Source: Actinomycetota bacterium
GTDB lineage: Bacteria; Actinomycetota; Actinomycetes; Actinomycetales; Microbacteriaceae
NCBI GenBank assembly: GCA_947450345.1
Contig: CANFVD010000001.1
Span: 15,936 to 79,935 of the forward strand
Reading direction: 5' to 3'
Length of the DNA: 64,000 nucleotides
In this document: piece after piece, positions 50,497 to 62,982 of the stretch
Numbering within the stretch: the stretch's first letter is position 1
Layout of the letters: each line of letters starts with the position of its first letter
Position numbers and translations under genes: made by a program
Notes under the pieces: model-generated
Databases searched by the model: none
What the model was told of the DNA's origin: nothing
Seen by the model: only the letters and a program-made list of their open reading frames with translations

Positions 50497-50580
50497 GGGT
50501 TCCGGTCTCTCGACCTGAGATTTCCGCCGGCGAGCATGACGCACTGTGCCACGGCACGAAAGCGGTGTTAGCCTAGGAAC

Positions 50581-50631
50581 ATGCGTTTTGGTCTCCTTCT
50601 TCTTAGTCGCCGCGACGAGGCATCTCAGTAG
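50581..50631 (+). CDS. putative Leu-run leader peptide of leuA (MRFGLLLLSRRDEASQ)
   Basis: ATG 50581, four consecutive Leu codons CTC CTT CTT CTT (50593-50604), TAG at 50629-50631. It lies in the 190-nt era-leuA spacer. Below the ORF-track size cut-off. Confidence 0.55.
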   Translation: MRFGLLLLSRRDEASQ

Positions 50632-50646
50632 CCTCCCTCGTCGCGG
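50610..50646 (+). promoter_or_regulatory. 11-bp perfect stem-loop overlapping the leader-peptide 3' end (attenuator element candidate)
   Basis: CCGCGACGAGG (50610-50620) pairs with CCTCGTCGCGG (50636-50646). The 15-nt loop contains the leader stop codon. No U tract follows. Confidence 0.5.
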
Positions 50647-50672
50647 AGTTCGCGCTAGGCGACCACCTTTGA

Positions 50673-52905
<2,233 letters not shown>

Positions 52906-52999
52906 GTCTTCAGGCTAGCCCTGCCTCGGGGGGCATAAAAGAGCGCCTCATCCACGATTTGTCCCAGATTTCAGGACCCGGACAACCGATAATGAAGAC

Positions 53000-53719
53000 A
53001 TGCCTCTTTACCGCGATGAGGGTGTGATCCTTCGCACTCATAAGTTGGGCGAGGCAGATCGCATTCTCACGGTCCTGACGCGCAATCACGGCAAGGTGCG
53101 CGCTGTCGCGAAAGGTGTTCGCCGGACGGCGTCAAAGTTCGGCGCCCGACTCGAGCCGTTCATGGTTGCTGACCTTCAGTTTTACGAGGGCCGGTCGCTC
53201 GATACCGTCAGCCAGGCAGAGACGATTGCGTCTTACGGCGTCACGATTGCCGCCGATCTCGACCTGTATCGCGTTGCCTCGGTGATGGTCGAAACCGCTG
53301 ATCGCATCACCGACTCAGAGCCGGCACCCCAACAGTTTCTTCTCCTGCACGGCGCGCTGCGTTCCCTGGCCCGCAGTGAGCATCCTCACCTCCTCACGAT
53401 GGATTCGTATCTCCTGCGTGCATTGTCGCTCGCCGGTTGGGCGCCTTCCTTTGACGCCTGCGCGCGGTGTGGCGAATCCGGTCCGCATCACGCGTTCGTG
53501 CTGCCCATGGGTGGCCTCGTCTGCGATGCGTGCGCACCCACCGGTGCGGCGCGACTCGACGACGGCGTAGTGAATCTGCTCGCGGCGCTTCTGGCCGGGG
53601 AGTGGGAGATTGTCGAGACGGCAACCCCCGACGCACGGGCCTCGGCCTCGGGTGTCGTTGCCGCGTACACCCAATTCCATCTGGAGCGCGGGCTGCGTTC
53701 CCTCGAGCACGTTATCTAG
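53000..53719 (+). CDS. recO: DNA repair protein RecO
   Basis: [42 protein letters not shown]..., zinc-finger-like CARCG...CDAC. Confidence 0.92.
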   Translation: MPLYRDEGVILRTHKLGEADRILTVLTRNHGKVRAVAKGVRRTASKFGARLEPFMVADLQFYEGRSLDTVSQAETIASYGVTIAADLDLYRVASVMVETADRITDSEPAPQQFLLLHGALRSLARSEHPHLLTMDSYLLRALSLAGWAPSFDACARCGESGPHHAFVLPMGGLVCDACAPTGAARLDDGVVNLLAALLAGEWEIVETATPDARASASGVVAAYTQFHLERGLRSLEHVI

Positions 53720-53728
53720 GCTGTCACT

Positions 53729-54529
53729 GTGGCCAAGCCCTATACCCACCCGGATGCGGTCGAATATCGTCCGCTCGATTGGACCGGAGAGTATCCGCCC
53801 GCATTTCCTGCCGGTTCTGTTCCCCGTCACGTGGCCATTGTCATGGACGGAAACGGACGATGGGCGAACGGCCGTGGACTCACCCGCGTTGAGGGTCATC
53901 GCGCGGGCGAAGCGGCCCTTCTCGACGTGGTCGCGGGAGCAATTCAGGCGGGCGTCACGCACCTGAGCGTCTACGCCTTTTCCACCGAGAACTGGAAGCG
54001 TTCGCCCGACGAGGTCCGGTTCTTGATGGGGTTCAACCGTGACGTGTTGCATCGCCGTCGCGACCAGCTCAACGAGTGGGGTGTGCGCGTGCGCTGGGCG
54101 GGTCGACGCCCGCGGCTCTGGCCGTCGGTGATTGAGGAGCTGCTCTTCGCCGAGAAACTAACGCGCAAGAACTCGACGCTCACCCTGACGATGTGCGTCA
54201 ACTATGGCGGACGCACCGAGATTGCCGATGCCGCCAAGGCCCTGGCCGAGGCGGTTGCCTCGGGCACGGTGAATCCGTCACGGGTGAGCGAAAAGACGCT
54301 CGCCAAGTTTCTGTACCAACCCGACATGCCCGATGTTGATCTGTTCGTGAGATCGAGCGGGGAACAGCGCACGTCCAACTTTCTGCTCTGGCAATCCGCC
54401 TACGCCGAAATGGTTTTTCTCGACACGCTGTGGCCCGACTTCCGTCGCACCGACCTCTGGCGCGCCATCGCTTCGTACGTCGATCGCGATCGTCGATTCG
54501 GCGGAGCGATCGACGCACCCTCGGCGTAG
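53729..54529 (+). CDS. uppS: isoprenyl (cis-prenyl) transferase, undecaprenyl/decaprenyl diphosphate synthase family
   Basis: [15 protein letters not shown], ...[10 protein letters not shown]..., ...[14 protein letters not shown]. Confidence 0.92.
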   Translation: MAKPYTHPDAVEYRPLDWTGEYPPAFPAGSVPRHVAIVMDGNGRWANGRGLTRVEGHRAGEAALLDVVAGAIQAGVTHLSVYAFSTENWKRSPDEVRFLMGFNRDVLHRRRDQLNEWGVRVRWAGRRPRLWPSVIEELLFAEKLTRKNSTLTLTMCVNYGGRTEIADAAKALAEAVASGTVNPSRVSEKTLAKFLYQPDMPDVDLFVRSSGEQRTSNFLLWQSAYAEMVFLDTLWPDFRRTDLWRAIASYVDRDRRFGGAIDAPSA

Positions 54530-54552
54530 GCGGTTTCTGGGAGACTAGAAGC

Positions 54553-55725
54553 ATGACCGCATCAACCACTCCGGCGAAGCCGTTGAGCATTGGTGCCCTC
54601 ACGCTCGACGTGCCCGTGGTGCTCGCACCCATGGCGGGTATCACCAACACGGCGTATCGCCGCCTGTGTCGCGAATACGGCGGCGGGCTGTACGTCTCAG
54701 AGATGATTACTTCGCGTGCTCTGGTGGAACGCACGCCCGGTTCGATGCGCCTGATCGGCCACCACGAGTCCGAAAGCACGCGGTCGATCCAGCTGTACGG
54801 CGTCGATCCCACCACGGTGGCGCGCGCCGTGAGCATGCTCGTTGATGAAGACCGGGCCGACCACATCGACCTGAACTTTGGATGCCCCGTGCCCAAGGTG
54901 ACGCGCAAGGGCGGGGGAGCGGCGCTGCCCTGGAAGACGGACCTGTTCCGCGACATCGTTGAGGGTGCGGTGGCGTCGGCCGGCGCCATTCCCGTCACGG
55001 TTAAAATGCGCAAGGGCATTGATGCCGACCACCTCACCTTCCTTGAGGCCGCGCGCATTGCCGCCGGCGCCGGGGTGTCATCCATTGCTCTGCACGGTCG
55101 CACGGCGAGCGAGTTCTACAGCGGCAAGGCCGACTGGGATTCGATTGCCGAGCTCAAGGCCACTATTTCCGACGTGCCCGTCTTGGGCAACGGCGATATT
55201 TGGTCGGGTGACGACGCCGTCCGCATGATGGACCAAACCGGCTGCGACGGCGTCGTGGTGGGCCGCGGATGCCTCGGCCGCCCCTGGCTCTTTGCTGATC
55301 TCGAGGTGGCCATGCGCCGGCGCGCCGGTGAACAGATCGAGGCGACGACGGTCATGCCCACGCTGGGTTACGTGGGCCACGCGCTGCGGCGTCACACCGA
55401 ACTCCTCACCGAATTCTTGGAGAGCGAAGAACACGCCTGCCGAGACATTCGCAAGCATGTCGCCTGGTACTTCAAGGGTTATCCGGTGGGCGGTGAGTGG
55501 CGCGCGCGCATGGCGCTGGTCACGAGCATCCAAGAAATGGATGACCTCCTCGGCGAGCTCGATGCCGACAGCCCGTACCCGGGTCTCGAGGCCGAAGGCC
55601 CCCGTGGTCGTGCGGGCACGCCCAAACGACCGCTGCTGCCCGACCGCTGGCTCGAGTCACGAACACTGGCACGCGGTGAGCGGGAGACGGTGGCTGCTGC
55701 CGAAGTGGATGCCAGCGGTGGATAG
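54553..55725 (+). CDS. tRNA-dihydrouridine synthase
   Basis: ORF 54430..55725, trimmed to ATG 54553 (MTASTTPAKPLSIGALTLDVPVVLAPMAGITN). ...DLNFGCPVPKV..., ...ALHGRT... Confidence 0.85.
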   Translation: MTASTTPAKPLSIGALTLDVPVVLAPMAGITNTAYRRLCREYGGGLYVSEMITSRALVERTPGSMRLIGHHESESTRSIQLYGVDPTTVARAVSMLVDEDRADHIDLNFGCPVPKVTRKGGGAALPWKTDLFRDIVEGAVASAGAIPVTVKMRKGIDADHLTFLEAARIAAGAGVSSIALHGRTASEFYSGKADWDSIAELKATISDVPVLGNGDIWSGDDAVRMMDQTGCDGVVVGRGCLGRPWLFADLEVAMRRRAGEQIEATTVMPTLGYVGHALRRHTELLTEFLESEEHACRDIRKHVAWYFKGYPVGGEWRARMALVTSIQEMDDLLGELDADSPYPGLEAEGPRGRAGTPKRPLLPDRWLESRTLARGERETVAAAEVDASGG

Positions 55726-56989
55726 GCGCCTCGAGCAAGCACCCCTCACGGAGGGCTACACCGAGCACGACGTCGAGCGCATGTGCCCGGAGGAGCACCC
55801 GTCGCGCCGCGGTGACTTTGCGCGCGATCGTGCCCGACTGCTCCACGCCAGCGCACTGCGTCGGTTGGCTGCGAAGACGCAGGTGCTCAGCCCCACTGCA
55901 GGCCTGGATTTCGCACGCAATCGCCTCACGCACTCCCTCGAAGTGGCACAGGTTGGCCGCGAGCTCGCGGGTCGCCTGGGCCTTGATCCTGATGTTGTCG
56001 ACACAGCGTGCCTCGCGCACGACATTGGGCACCCACCCTTTGGGCACAACGGAGAACGCGCGCTGGCTGAGTGGGCCGTTGATATCGGCGGCTTCGAGGG
56101 CAACGCGCAGACTCTTCGCGTGCTCACGCGACTCGAAGCAAAGGTCTTTGACTCCCACGGCGTCTCTCGCGGACTCAACCTGACACGCGCGAGCCTCGAC
56201 GCCAGCACCAAGTACCCGTGGCCTTTTGCACAGGCGGTGGCCGATCCGAGCGGTCGCGCAAAGTTTGGTTTCTATGCCGATGACGTCGATGTCTTTGACT
56301 GGATGCGCAACGGCGCGCCCGTGGGCGTGCGCTGCATCGAAGCCCAGGTGATGGACCTCTCCGACGATATTGCCTACTCAGTACATGATTTTGAGGACGC
56401 CATCGTCAACGGATACATCGACGTGCGCGAGCTCAGCGCCCGAACCAACCACGACGCCCTGGTGGATGCCATGTTCGAGTGGGTGGGCGGTGAGTTCAGT
56501 AACGACGAACTTCTTGCAGCGTTCGATCGCATTGACAACCTCGATGCCTGGATTGAGAGCTGGGACGGCTCGCGCCGTGACCTCGCCCAGCTCAAGAACC
56601 TCACCAGCCAACTCATCGGCCGTTTCGCACACTCCGCCATTCACGCCACTCGAGAGACTCATCCTCAGGCATCCCTGGTGCGATTTGGGGCCGATGTCGT
56701 TGTTCCCGCCGAGCAACGCGCCGAGATTGCCGTGCTCAAGGGAATTGTCGCGGCGTTTGTCATGGTCAAAAACTCGCGACAGCCCATCTACACGCAACAG
56801 CGCGAAGTGCTGTCGGCGTTGGCCGATCGCATTTACGCCGATGGCCCTACCCACTTCGAGCCCGCGTTTGTGGCGGACTGGAATGAGTCCGCTGACGACA
56901 CGGCCCGGCGTCGCGTGGTGGTGGATCAGGTAGCCAGCCTCACCGACCAGTCGGCGCTGGCCTGGTTTGAGCGATTGGTCGTCTCCTGA
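55709..56989 (+). CDS. dgt: dGTP triphosphohydrolase-like HD-domain protein
   Basis: ORF 55292..56989, trimmed to ATG 55709. ...RDRARLLHASALRRLAAKTQV..., HSLEVAQVGR, AHDIGHPPFGH. Usual partner upstream of dnaG. Confidence 0.85.
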   Translation: MPAVDRRLEQAPLTEGYTEHDVERMCPEEHPSRRGDFARDRARLLHASALRRLAAKTQVLSPTAGLDFARNRLTHSLEVAQVGRELAGRLGLDPDVVDTACLAHDIGHPPFGHNGERALAEWAVDIGGFEGNAQTLRVLTRLEAKVFDSHGVSRGLNLTRASLDASTKYPWPFAQAVADPSGRAKFGFYADDVDVFDWMRNGAPVGVRCIEAQVMDLSDDIAYSVHDFEDAIVNGYIDVRELSARTNHDALVDAMFEWVGGEFSNDELLAAFDRIDNLDAWIESWDGSRRDLAQLKNLTSQLIGRFAHSAIHATRETHPQASLVRFGADVVVPAEQRAEIAVLKGIVAAFVMVKNSRQPIYTQQREVLSALADRIYADGPTHFEPAFVADWNESADDTARRRVVVDQVASLTDQSALAWFERLVVS

Positions 56990-58914
56990 TGGCCGGCCGC
57001 ATTCGCCAGTCGGATGTCGAAGAGGTCAAGGCGCGCACCAACATCGCCGACATCGTGGGCGAGTACGTCTCACTTAAGAACGCGGGCGTGGGGTCGGTCA
57101 AGGGCCTCTGCCCGTTTCACGACGAGCGCAGCCCCTCGTTCCACGTTCGTCCGCAGGCCGGTTTCTATCACTGCTTCGGTTGCGGAGAGAGCGGTGACGT
57201 TTACTCGTTCCTGCAAAAAATGGAGCACTTGAGTTTCACCGAATCCATCGAAAAGCTGGCCGAGCGCATTCGTTTCGAACTGCACTACGAAGACGGCGGT
57301 GGCAACAAGACCGAGACGGGTTCGCGCACGCGCATCCTGGCGGCCAACGCGGCCGCCGCGGAATTCTTCGTGGCGCAACTCGCCACACCCGGTGCGGCTA
57401 TTGGACGCACGTTTCTGGGACAGCGCGGTTTTGACCGCGAGGCGGCCGACCAGTTCGGCATTGGTTTCGCGCCCAAGGGGTGGAACGGTCTGCGTGACCA
57501 CCTCAAACAGCGCGGCTTCACCGACGAAGAGATGCTCACGGCCGGCCTGTTGTCGCAGGGAGAGAAGGGCGTTTACGACCGTTTCCGCGAACGCTTGGTC
57601 TGGCCCATCCGCGATGTGACCGGGCAAACGATTGGGTTTGGTGCCCGCAAGCTCAGTGACGACGACCCCGGCCCCAAGTACCTCAACACTCCGGAGACCC
57701 CGGTCTATCACAAGGCCCAAGTGCTCTACGGTCTCGATCTCGCCAAGCGCGACATCGGTAAGACGCGGCAGGTCGTTGTTGTCGAAGGGTACACGGACGT
57801 CATGGCCGCTCACGTGTCGGGCGTCACGACGGCCGTAGCGACGTGTGGCACGTCCTTCGGAGTCGACCACATTCGCCTCATCCGACGGGTCATGGGTGAT
57901 GACTCGGGTCTGGGTGAAGTGGTGTTCACGTTCGACCCGGATGCGGCCGGACAGAAGGCCGCCGTGCGCGCCTTTGCCGAACAGCAGCGTTTTCAGGCCC
58001 AGACGTATGTTGCCGTTGCCCCCGACGGACTCGATCCGTGTGACCTCAGGCTGGCGAAGGGCGAGGCTGCCGTACGCGCCCTCCTCGACAACAAGATTCC
58101 GATGTTTGAGTTTGTGATCAAACAGGTATTGACCAACTATTCCCTCGACTCGGTTGAGGGCCGAGCGGCAGCTCTGCGTGAGTCGGCTCCGATTGTCGCC
58201 GAGATTCGCGATCCGGCACTGCGCCCGGGATATGCGCGCGAGTTGGCCAACATGGTGGGCGTAGACATCGCCGAAGCTCAGGCGGCCATTACGCGCGCGG
58301 CCAAGCAACTGAGCGCGGCCGGTTCGGGGTCGACCGCACTCAAGCCAACGCCCGTATCGACCGCGACTGCTGCGGCCGCGTCCGGTGGCGGAGATTCGGG
58401 TGCGACCACATCCGACCAGGGCGCGCCACATGAGCGCACCGTCATTGACCTCAATTCGTCGCCGCAAACACGACTCGAGCGCGATGTGTTGATGGCGCTG
58501 ATCCAGCATCCCGAGGCCATCGACGCACACCTGGCGGCCGAAGCTGTCGGGGCGGCTTTCTCTGAGCCCAACCTCGCCGTCATCCGAGACGCGGTGGGGG
58601 CGAGCATGACCGAATACGGCGGTGAGGGATGGGCCGAGCGGATTTTGGCGCACACCCCAGACGACCTCAAGCCCGTCGTCACACTATTGGCGGTTGCCCC
58701 GATTCCCGAGCGCGACGAAAACGCCGTGCTCACCTACTGTTCTCGGGTCGTCACGAGTCTGGTTGAGCGTGAGTTGCTGCGACTCAAGTCGGAGCTCGTA
58801 TCTCGACTGCAGCGCACGGGGGAGAGCGATCCAGAGCTGAGCCGCGCCATCTCTGAGGAGGTTGTGGAGCTCGAGAAGCGTCGCCGCTCACTCAAAGAGA
58901 GTCCACTCTCGTGA
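56989..58914 (+). CDS. dnaG: DNA primase
   Basis: Zinc finger CPFHDERSPSFHV...YHCFGCGESGD. TOPRIM ...VVVVEGYTDVMA. 641 aa. Confidence 0.96.
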   Translation: MAGRIRQSDVEEVKARTNIADIVGEYVSLKNAGVGSVKGLCPFHDERSPSFHVRPQAGFYHCFGCGESGDVYSFLQKMEHLSFTESIEKLAERIRFELHYEDGGGNKTETGSRTRILAANAAAAEFFVAQLATPGAAIGRTFLGQRGFDREAADQFGIGFAPKGWNGLRDHLKQRGFTDEEMLTAGLLSQGEKGVYDRFRERLVWPIRDVTGQTIGFGARKLSDDDPGPKYLNTPETPVYHKAQVLYGLDLAKRDIGKTRQVVVVEGYTDVMAAHVSGVTTAVATCGTSFGVDHIRLIRRVMGDDSGLGEVVFTFDPDAAGQKAAVRAFAEQQRFQAQTYVAVAPDGLDPCDLRLAKGEAAVRALLDNKIPMFEFVIKQVLTNYSLDSVEGRAAALRESAPIVAEIRDPALRPGYARELANMVGVDIAEAQAAITRAAKQLSAAGSGSTALKPTPVSTATAAAASGGGDSGATTSDQGAPHERTVIDLNSSPQTRLERDVLMALIQHPEAIDAHLAAEAVGAAFSEPNLAVIRDAVGASMTEYGGEGWAERILAHTPDDLKPVVTLLAVAPIPERDENAVLTYCSRVVTSLVERELLRLKSELVSRLQRTGESDPELSRAISEEVVELEKRRRSLKESPLS

Positions 58915-59912
58915 CCAGTCCCGCTCAACACCGCGAGGTCCTGGGCGACGAGTTCGCCGCAGCGAAGGCGCCTCGATTAGCGTCAGGTCCTATCGCCGTC
59001 TTCCCCGCCGATTCTGATGCCGGGCTTTTTCGAGACGCCGTCACGCGAGCCGGGGGCAACGTTGAACCGCTGAGTGCCGACACTCGTGGCCTGCTGTGGC
59101 TGAGCTACGCGCACGCCGATCAACTGGCCACCGTCCTTGAGGAGAACCCCCAGATCACGTGGGTGCAACTGCCGTGGGCCGGCGTGGACGCCTATTCGCA
59201 GATCCTCGTCGCGCACGGAGGGCCTGACCGGGTGTTTACGAGTGCCAAGGGCGCGTTCGCGCAACCGGTCGCCGAGCACGCACTGGCCATGGTGCTGGCG
59301 CTTCTGCGCGCCTTTCCTCGCCGTGCTCGCCTCACCGCGTGGGATGAGCGCGTTCTCGGCACGTCCCTCTACGGGCGTAACGTCACCATCGTCGGCGCCG
59401 GGGGTATCGCCCGAGAGCTGATGCGGCTCATGGAGCCATTCGACGTGTCGGTGACCATTGTGCGTCGCTCGGATCATCCTGTGGCCGGAGCTGCCCGCAC
59501 ACTCACGTCAGACCGCCTGGCCGAGGCGCTTCCCGACTGCGATGCGCTCGTGATTGCGGCCGCCCTCACGCCGCAGACCACTCATCTCATGTCGACGCGC
59601 GAGTTTTCACTCCTCAAGCCCGGGGCGGTCGTGGTGAACGTTGCCCGTGGTCCCCTCATTGATTCTCAGGCTCTCGCAGCCGCCTTGCACAACGAGACGA
59701 TTGCGGGTGCGGCACTGGACGTGACCGATCCCGAGCCGCTTCCTGCGGGCCACGCTCTCTGGAGGGCCCCCAACATTCTGATCACTCCGCATCAGGCCGA
59801 CACACCCGATATGACGGCACCCCTGTTGGCTGTGCGCATTGAACACAACGTCCGCGCCTTCTTGGGTAACGCGCCTTTTGTGGGTGTGGTGGACACATCC
59901 GCGGGTTACTGA
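58911..59912 (+). CDS. D-isomer-specific 2-hydroxyacid dehydrogenase family protein
   Basis: 333 aa. NAD-binding VTIVGAGGIARE..., ...VVNVARGPLID... GTGA overlap with the dnaG stop. Confidence 0.8.
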   Translation: MTSPAQHREVLGDEFAAAKAPRLASGPIAVFPADSDAGLFRDAVTRAGGNVEPLSADTRGLLWLSYAHADQLATVLEENPQITWVQLPWAGVDAYSQILVAHGGPDRVFTSAKGAFAQPVAEHALAMVLALLRAFPRRARLTAWDERVLGTSLYGRNVTIVGAGGIARELMRLMEPFDVSVTIVRRSDHPVAGAARTLTSDRLAEALPDCDALVIAAALTPQTTHLMSTREFSLLKPGAVVVNVARGPLIDSQALAAALHNETIAGAALDVTDPEPLPAGHALWRAPNILITPHQADTPDMTAPLLAVRIEHNVRAFLGNAPFVGVVDTSAGY

Positions 59913-59965
59913 TTTTCATTCGACAGGCACCACACTGATAAAGTGGTCTTGCCCGTAAGGTGCAT

Positions 59966-60038
59966 TCCTCGATAGCTCAATTGGCAGAGCAGCCGGCTGT
60001 TAACCGGCAGGTTGTTGGTTCGAGTCCAACTCGGGGAG
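59966..60038 (+). tRNA. tRNA-Asn (anticodon GTT)
   Basis: Acceptor TCCTCGA/TCGGGGA, D arm GCTC-AATTGGCA-GAGC, anticodon stem GCCGG/CCGGC with loop CTGTTAA, T arm GTTGG-TTCGAGT-CCAAC. Confidence 0.95.
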
Positions 60039-60044
60039 CGAACA

Positions 60045-60073
60045 GGTCCTCTCACTCGTGAGGGGACCTTTTG
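60045..60073 (+). terminator. rho-independent terminator after tRNA-Asn
   Basis: GGTCCTCTCAC..GTGAGGGGACC followed by TTTTG. Confidence 0.65.
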
Positions 60074-60075
60074 CG

Positions 60076-60639
60076 TTAGTCCTCGAGGTGGTCGACGCCG
60101 GGCATCCAGGTGTTTCCGGGGACGCCCCAGCCGCGCTTCTTCTCGACCTTGGCCGCGTGGTACGCCTGATCGACATCGAGGCGATCGACGTACATGATGC
60201 CGTTGAGGTGGTCGAACTCGTGCTGCAGGATGCGGGCAAACCAGCCGTCGCATTCAAGCGAGAGGGGAGCGCCCGTTTCGTCCACGGCCCGAAGAATCGC
60301 CCGCTCCGCGCGAACGAGCCCATAGCGCTCGCCCGGGAAGGACAGGCATCCTTCATCGTCGGCCTCGGTGGGCTCGCGTACCTCGGTGGGCGACACAAAG
60401 AGTTCGGGGTTGATGACGACACCTCGGCGGGGAGTTCCGTCATCGTGGGGGTAGTCGTAAACAAAAACGCGCAGTCCCACCCCAATCTGTGGCGCGGCGA
60501 GCCCCACTCCCGGGGCCGCCTCCATGGTGTCGAACATGTCCGCTACCAAATCACGGAGCTGGTCATCGAAGGCTGTGACGAGCGCCGCCGGTTCGTGAAG
60601 TACGGCTTCGCCGCGAATCAGAATGGGTCGAATCGCCAT
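60076..60639 (-). CDS. def: peptide deformylase
   Basis: ORF 60076..60945, trimmed to ATG 60639 (MAIRPILIRGEAVLHEP). Motifs GVGLAAPQIG, EGCLSFPG, QHEFDHLNG. Confidence 0.92.
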   Translation of the reverse strand: MAIRPILIRGEAVLHEPAALVTAFDDQLRDLVADMFDTMEAAPGVGLAAPQIGVGLRVFVYDYPHDDGTPRRGVVINPELFVSPTEVREPTEADDEGCLSFPGERYGLVRAERAILRAVDETGAPLSLECDGWFARILQHEFDHLNGIMYVDRLDVDQAYHAAKVEKKRGWGVPGNTWMPGVDHLED

Positions 60640-60679
60640 GCCTTCAGCGTATCGGGGCGTCGCGCGGTATCGTCGAGGT

Positions 60680-61624
60680 ATGGCCGAAGTCGACATGAAC
60701 GCGTTGCAGAACCTGTTGCCGTACGACCCGACACAGTTGTGGGGAATCCCTTTCGCCCTCGCCGGAGCCGTCTTCATGTCGGTCGGCGCGCAGATGCAAC
60801 ACGCCGGTGTCGGTCGCGTCGGTCGCGACAGTGAGGGCATCGAAAAGTCCGGCCTCAACGTCAAGCAGCTGCTCGGGCTCGTGCGACGCCCCTCGTGGCT
60901 CATCGGCACCATCATGCTGGGGCTAGCGGTGTTGCTGCAGCTCACCAGCCTGGCATTTTCGCCTCTGATTTTGGTTCAGCCCATCGGCGCCGTTGCGCTC
61001 GTCATCACGACGTTCCTTAATGCGCGCGTAAGTAAAGTTCGCCTCAATCGTGCCTCCGTATGGGCTGTGGTCATGTGCGTGGGTGGAATCGGTCTGTTTG
61101 TGACGATTGCCTCGATGAGCGCGCGCAATACCCCCGTGACCACTGACGACCTCATCCAGATCCTCATCATTCTTGGCGTGGTCATGCTGGCGCTCAGCAT
61201 CCTCTACGCCGTCTTCCGCAAGCACGCATCTGCCATCTACTACATCATCGGGACAGGCGTGCTCTACGGATTCGTGGCGACACTGGCCAAGGTGGTGCTG
61301 ACCCGCATCATGCAGCAGGACATGGATGTTCTCACGTGGATCTGTCTCGTGGCTCTCATCGGTGCCGCGATTGTTGGCGGATTCTTTGTGCAGAACGCGT
61401 ATTCCTCGGGCCCACCTGACCTCGTCATTGCGGGTCTCACGGTGATTGATCCACTGGTGGCGGTCTCCATCGGTATTCTCGTGCTCGACGAGGCGGCCCA
61501 GTCTCAGTGGTTCGATATGGCGGCCTACGGTCTGGCGGGTTTCATTGCCATCATCGGCGTCTTCCTGCTGGCGCGCTTTCACCCACAAACGCACGCCGAG
61601 ATCGACCGGGCGATTCGCGACTAG
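60680..61624 (+). CDS. DMT-superfamily-like multi-pass membrane protein (NIPA-like?)
   Basis: ORF 60623..61624. Start chosen at ATG 60680 to avoid overlapping the def start. 9-10 predicted TM helices. Family assignment is tentative. Confidence 0.6.
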   Translation: MAEVDMNALQNLLPYDPTQLWGIPFALAGAVFMSVGAQMQHAGVGRVGRDSEGIEKSGLNVKQLLGLVRRPSWLIGTIMLGLAVLLQLTSLAFSPLILVQPIGAVALVITTFLNARVSKVRLNRASVWAVVMCVGGIGLFVTIASMSARNTPVTTDDLIQILIILGVVMLALSILYAVFRKHASAIYYIIGTGVLYGFVATLAKVVLTRIMQQDMDVLTWICLVALIGAAIVGGFFVQNAYSSGPPDLVIAGLTVIDPLVAVSIGILVLDEAAQSQWFDMAAYGLAGFIAIIGVFLLARFHPQTHAEIDRAIRD

Positions 61625-61721
61625 TCCTCACCCCCGGCGGCTCGAGCCACGAATAGACTGTATCCAGGCATTAGGCCACCTCGCCTGGGTGTGACGCCAG
61701 CGAGGGGAAAAGGACTTTTTC

Positions 61722-62942
61722 GTGTCAGCACGACGTGCACCTCAGGGTGCTCACGCACCACTCACGATTGTGATTGGTTGCGACACGTTTGGCCCCAACG
61801 TCAACGGTGCCGCCAAGTTCGCTGAACGCCTCGCGGCGGGTCTTGTGGGCCGGGGGCACAACGTGCACGTCGTCGCTCCGGCATTCGTTGGTGGTCGCGG
61901 CACCACAGCACAGGAAACGCACGAGGGCGCGACCATGACGGTTCACCGTCTTCGGTCCTGGCGCTGGTATCCGCACGACTGGCTGCGGTTTGCGCTTCCC
62001 TGGCGTATCAACCGCAACAGCGAACGAATCATCGATCAGGTCAAACCGGATGTCGTGCACTTCCAATCGCACATCATCGTCGGGCGGGGTCTCTCTATTG
62101 CCGCTGCCAAGCGCGGAATCCGCATCATCGGCACCAACCACTTCATGCCCGAAAACCTGCTCGACTTCACGCTGTTACCCAAGACCTTTCAGAAGTGGGC
62201 CATTTCGCTCGCGTGGGGCGCAGCAGCCAGAACCTTTGGTCGTGCCGAAGCAGTGACGACCCCCACACGTCGGGCAGCCAATTTCCTCGAGGAATACACG
62301 CACCTCACGGATGTCCACGCGATTTCGTGCGGCATTGATGCGCACCACTACGACCCTGACTTCGCACAAGAGGGCAATCACATTGTTTTCGTCGGACGCG
62401 TGACGGGTGAGAAGAAGATTGACGTCTTGCTTCGCGCTTTCGCTGCTCTGCCGGCCGACTTGGATGCCACACTCGAGATTGTGGGCGGGGGAGACCTTTT
62501 TCAGCAGTTGAAAACACTTTCACACACCCTGGGTCTTGACGGTCGCGTCACCTTCACGGGATACGTCACTGACGATGAGCTCAAGGCCAGCCTGCGACGC
62601 GCGCGCGTATTCGCCATGCCGTCGATTGCCGAGCTGCAGTCGATTGCCACAATGGAGGCCATGGCCACCGGCCTGCCCATTGTGGCTGCCAACGCCATGG
62701 CGCTTCCGCACCTCGTCCACGACGGCGAGAACGGATTTCTCTTCGAGCCAAACAACGTTGACGACCTGCGCGACAAGCTCGAGCGCGTGTTGCGCATGAA
62801 ACCCGCTGATCTCGAGGCCATGAAGCGCCAGAGTCTGCGGTTCATTCGCGGTCACGACATCACCCGCACGCTCGACACGTTCGAGTCACTGTATCGCGGC
62901 GAACAGGTGGTCGACCCGGACCCCGAGCTCACCGACGACTAA
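61722..62942 (+). CDS. glycosyltransferase family 4 (GT-B fold)
   Basis: 406 aa. N-terminal ...GPNVNGAAKFAERLA..., C-terminal ...FAMPSIAELQSIATMEAMATGLPIVAANAMALPHLV.DGENGFLF. Confidence 0.85.
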   Translation: MSARRAPQGAHAPLTIVIGCDTFGPNVNGAAKFAERLAAGLVGRGHNVHVVAPAFVGGRGTTAQETHEGATMTVHRLRSWRWYPHDWLRFALPWRINRNSERIIDQVKPDVVHFQSHIIVGRGLSIAAAKRGIRIIGTNHFMPENLLDFTLLPKTFQKWAISLAWGAAARTFGRAEAVTTPTRRAANFLEEYTHLTDVHAISCGIDAHHYDPDFAQEGNHIVFVGRVTGEKKIDVLLRAFAALPADLDATLEIVGGGDLFQQLKTLSHTLGLDGRVTFTGYVTDDELKASLRRARVFAMPSIAELQSIATMEAMATGLPIVAANAMALPHLVHDGENGFLFEPNNVDDLRDKLERVLRMKPADLEAMKRQSLRFIRGHDITRTLDTFESLYRGEQVVDPDPELTDD

Positions 62943-62982
62943 GCCCCACGTCGCGCTTGCGCCCCCTTCCCAAGGAGAAACC

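Noticed and set aside
60640-60945. Longer def ORF (289 aa) and the ATG 60623 start of the divergent membrane gene.
   Set aside because: The def family N-terminus (MAIRPI...) begins at 60639, and the upstream extension is Ser/Pro/Arg/Cys-rich noise. Using 60623 for the plus-strand gene would make the two divergent coding regions overlap.
61678-61706. Hairpin CCTCGCCTGG...CCAGCGAGG upstream of the glycosyltransferase gene as a riboswitch-like element.
   Set aside because: It is a short imperfect stem with one bulge, no recognisable riboswitch core and no associated U tract or SD pairing. That is insufficient evidence.
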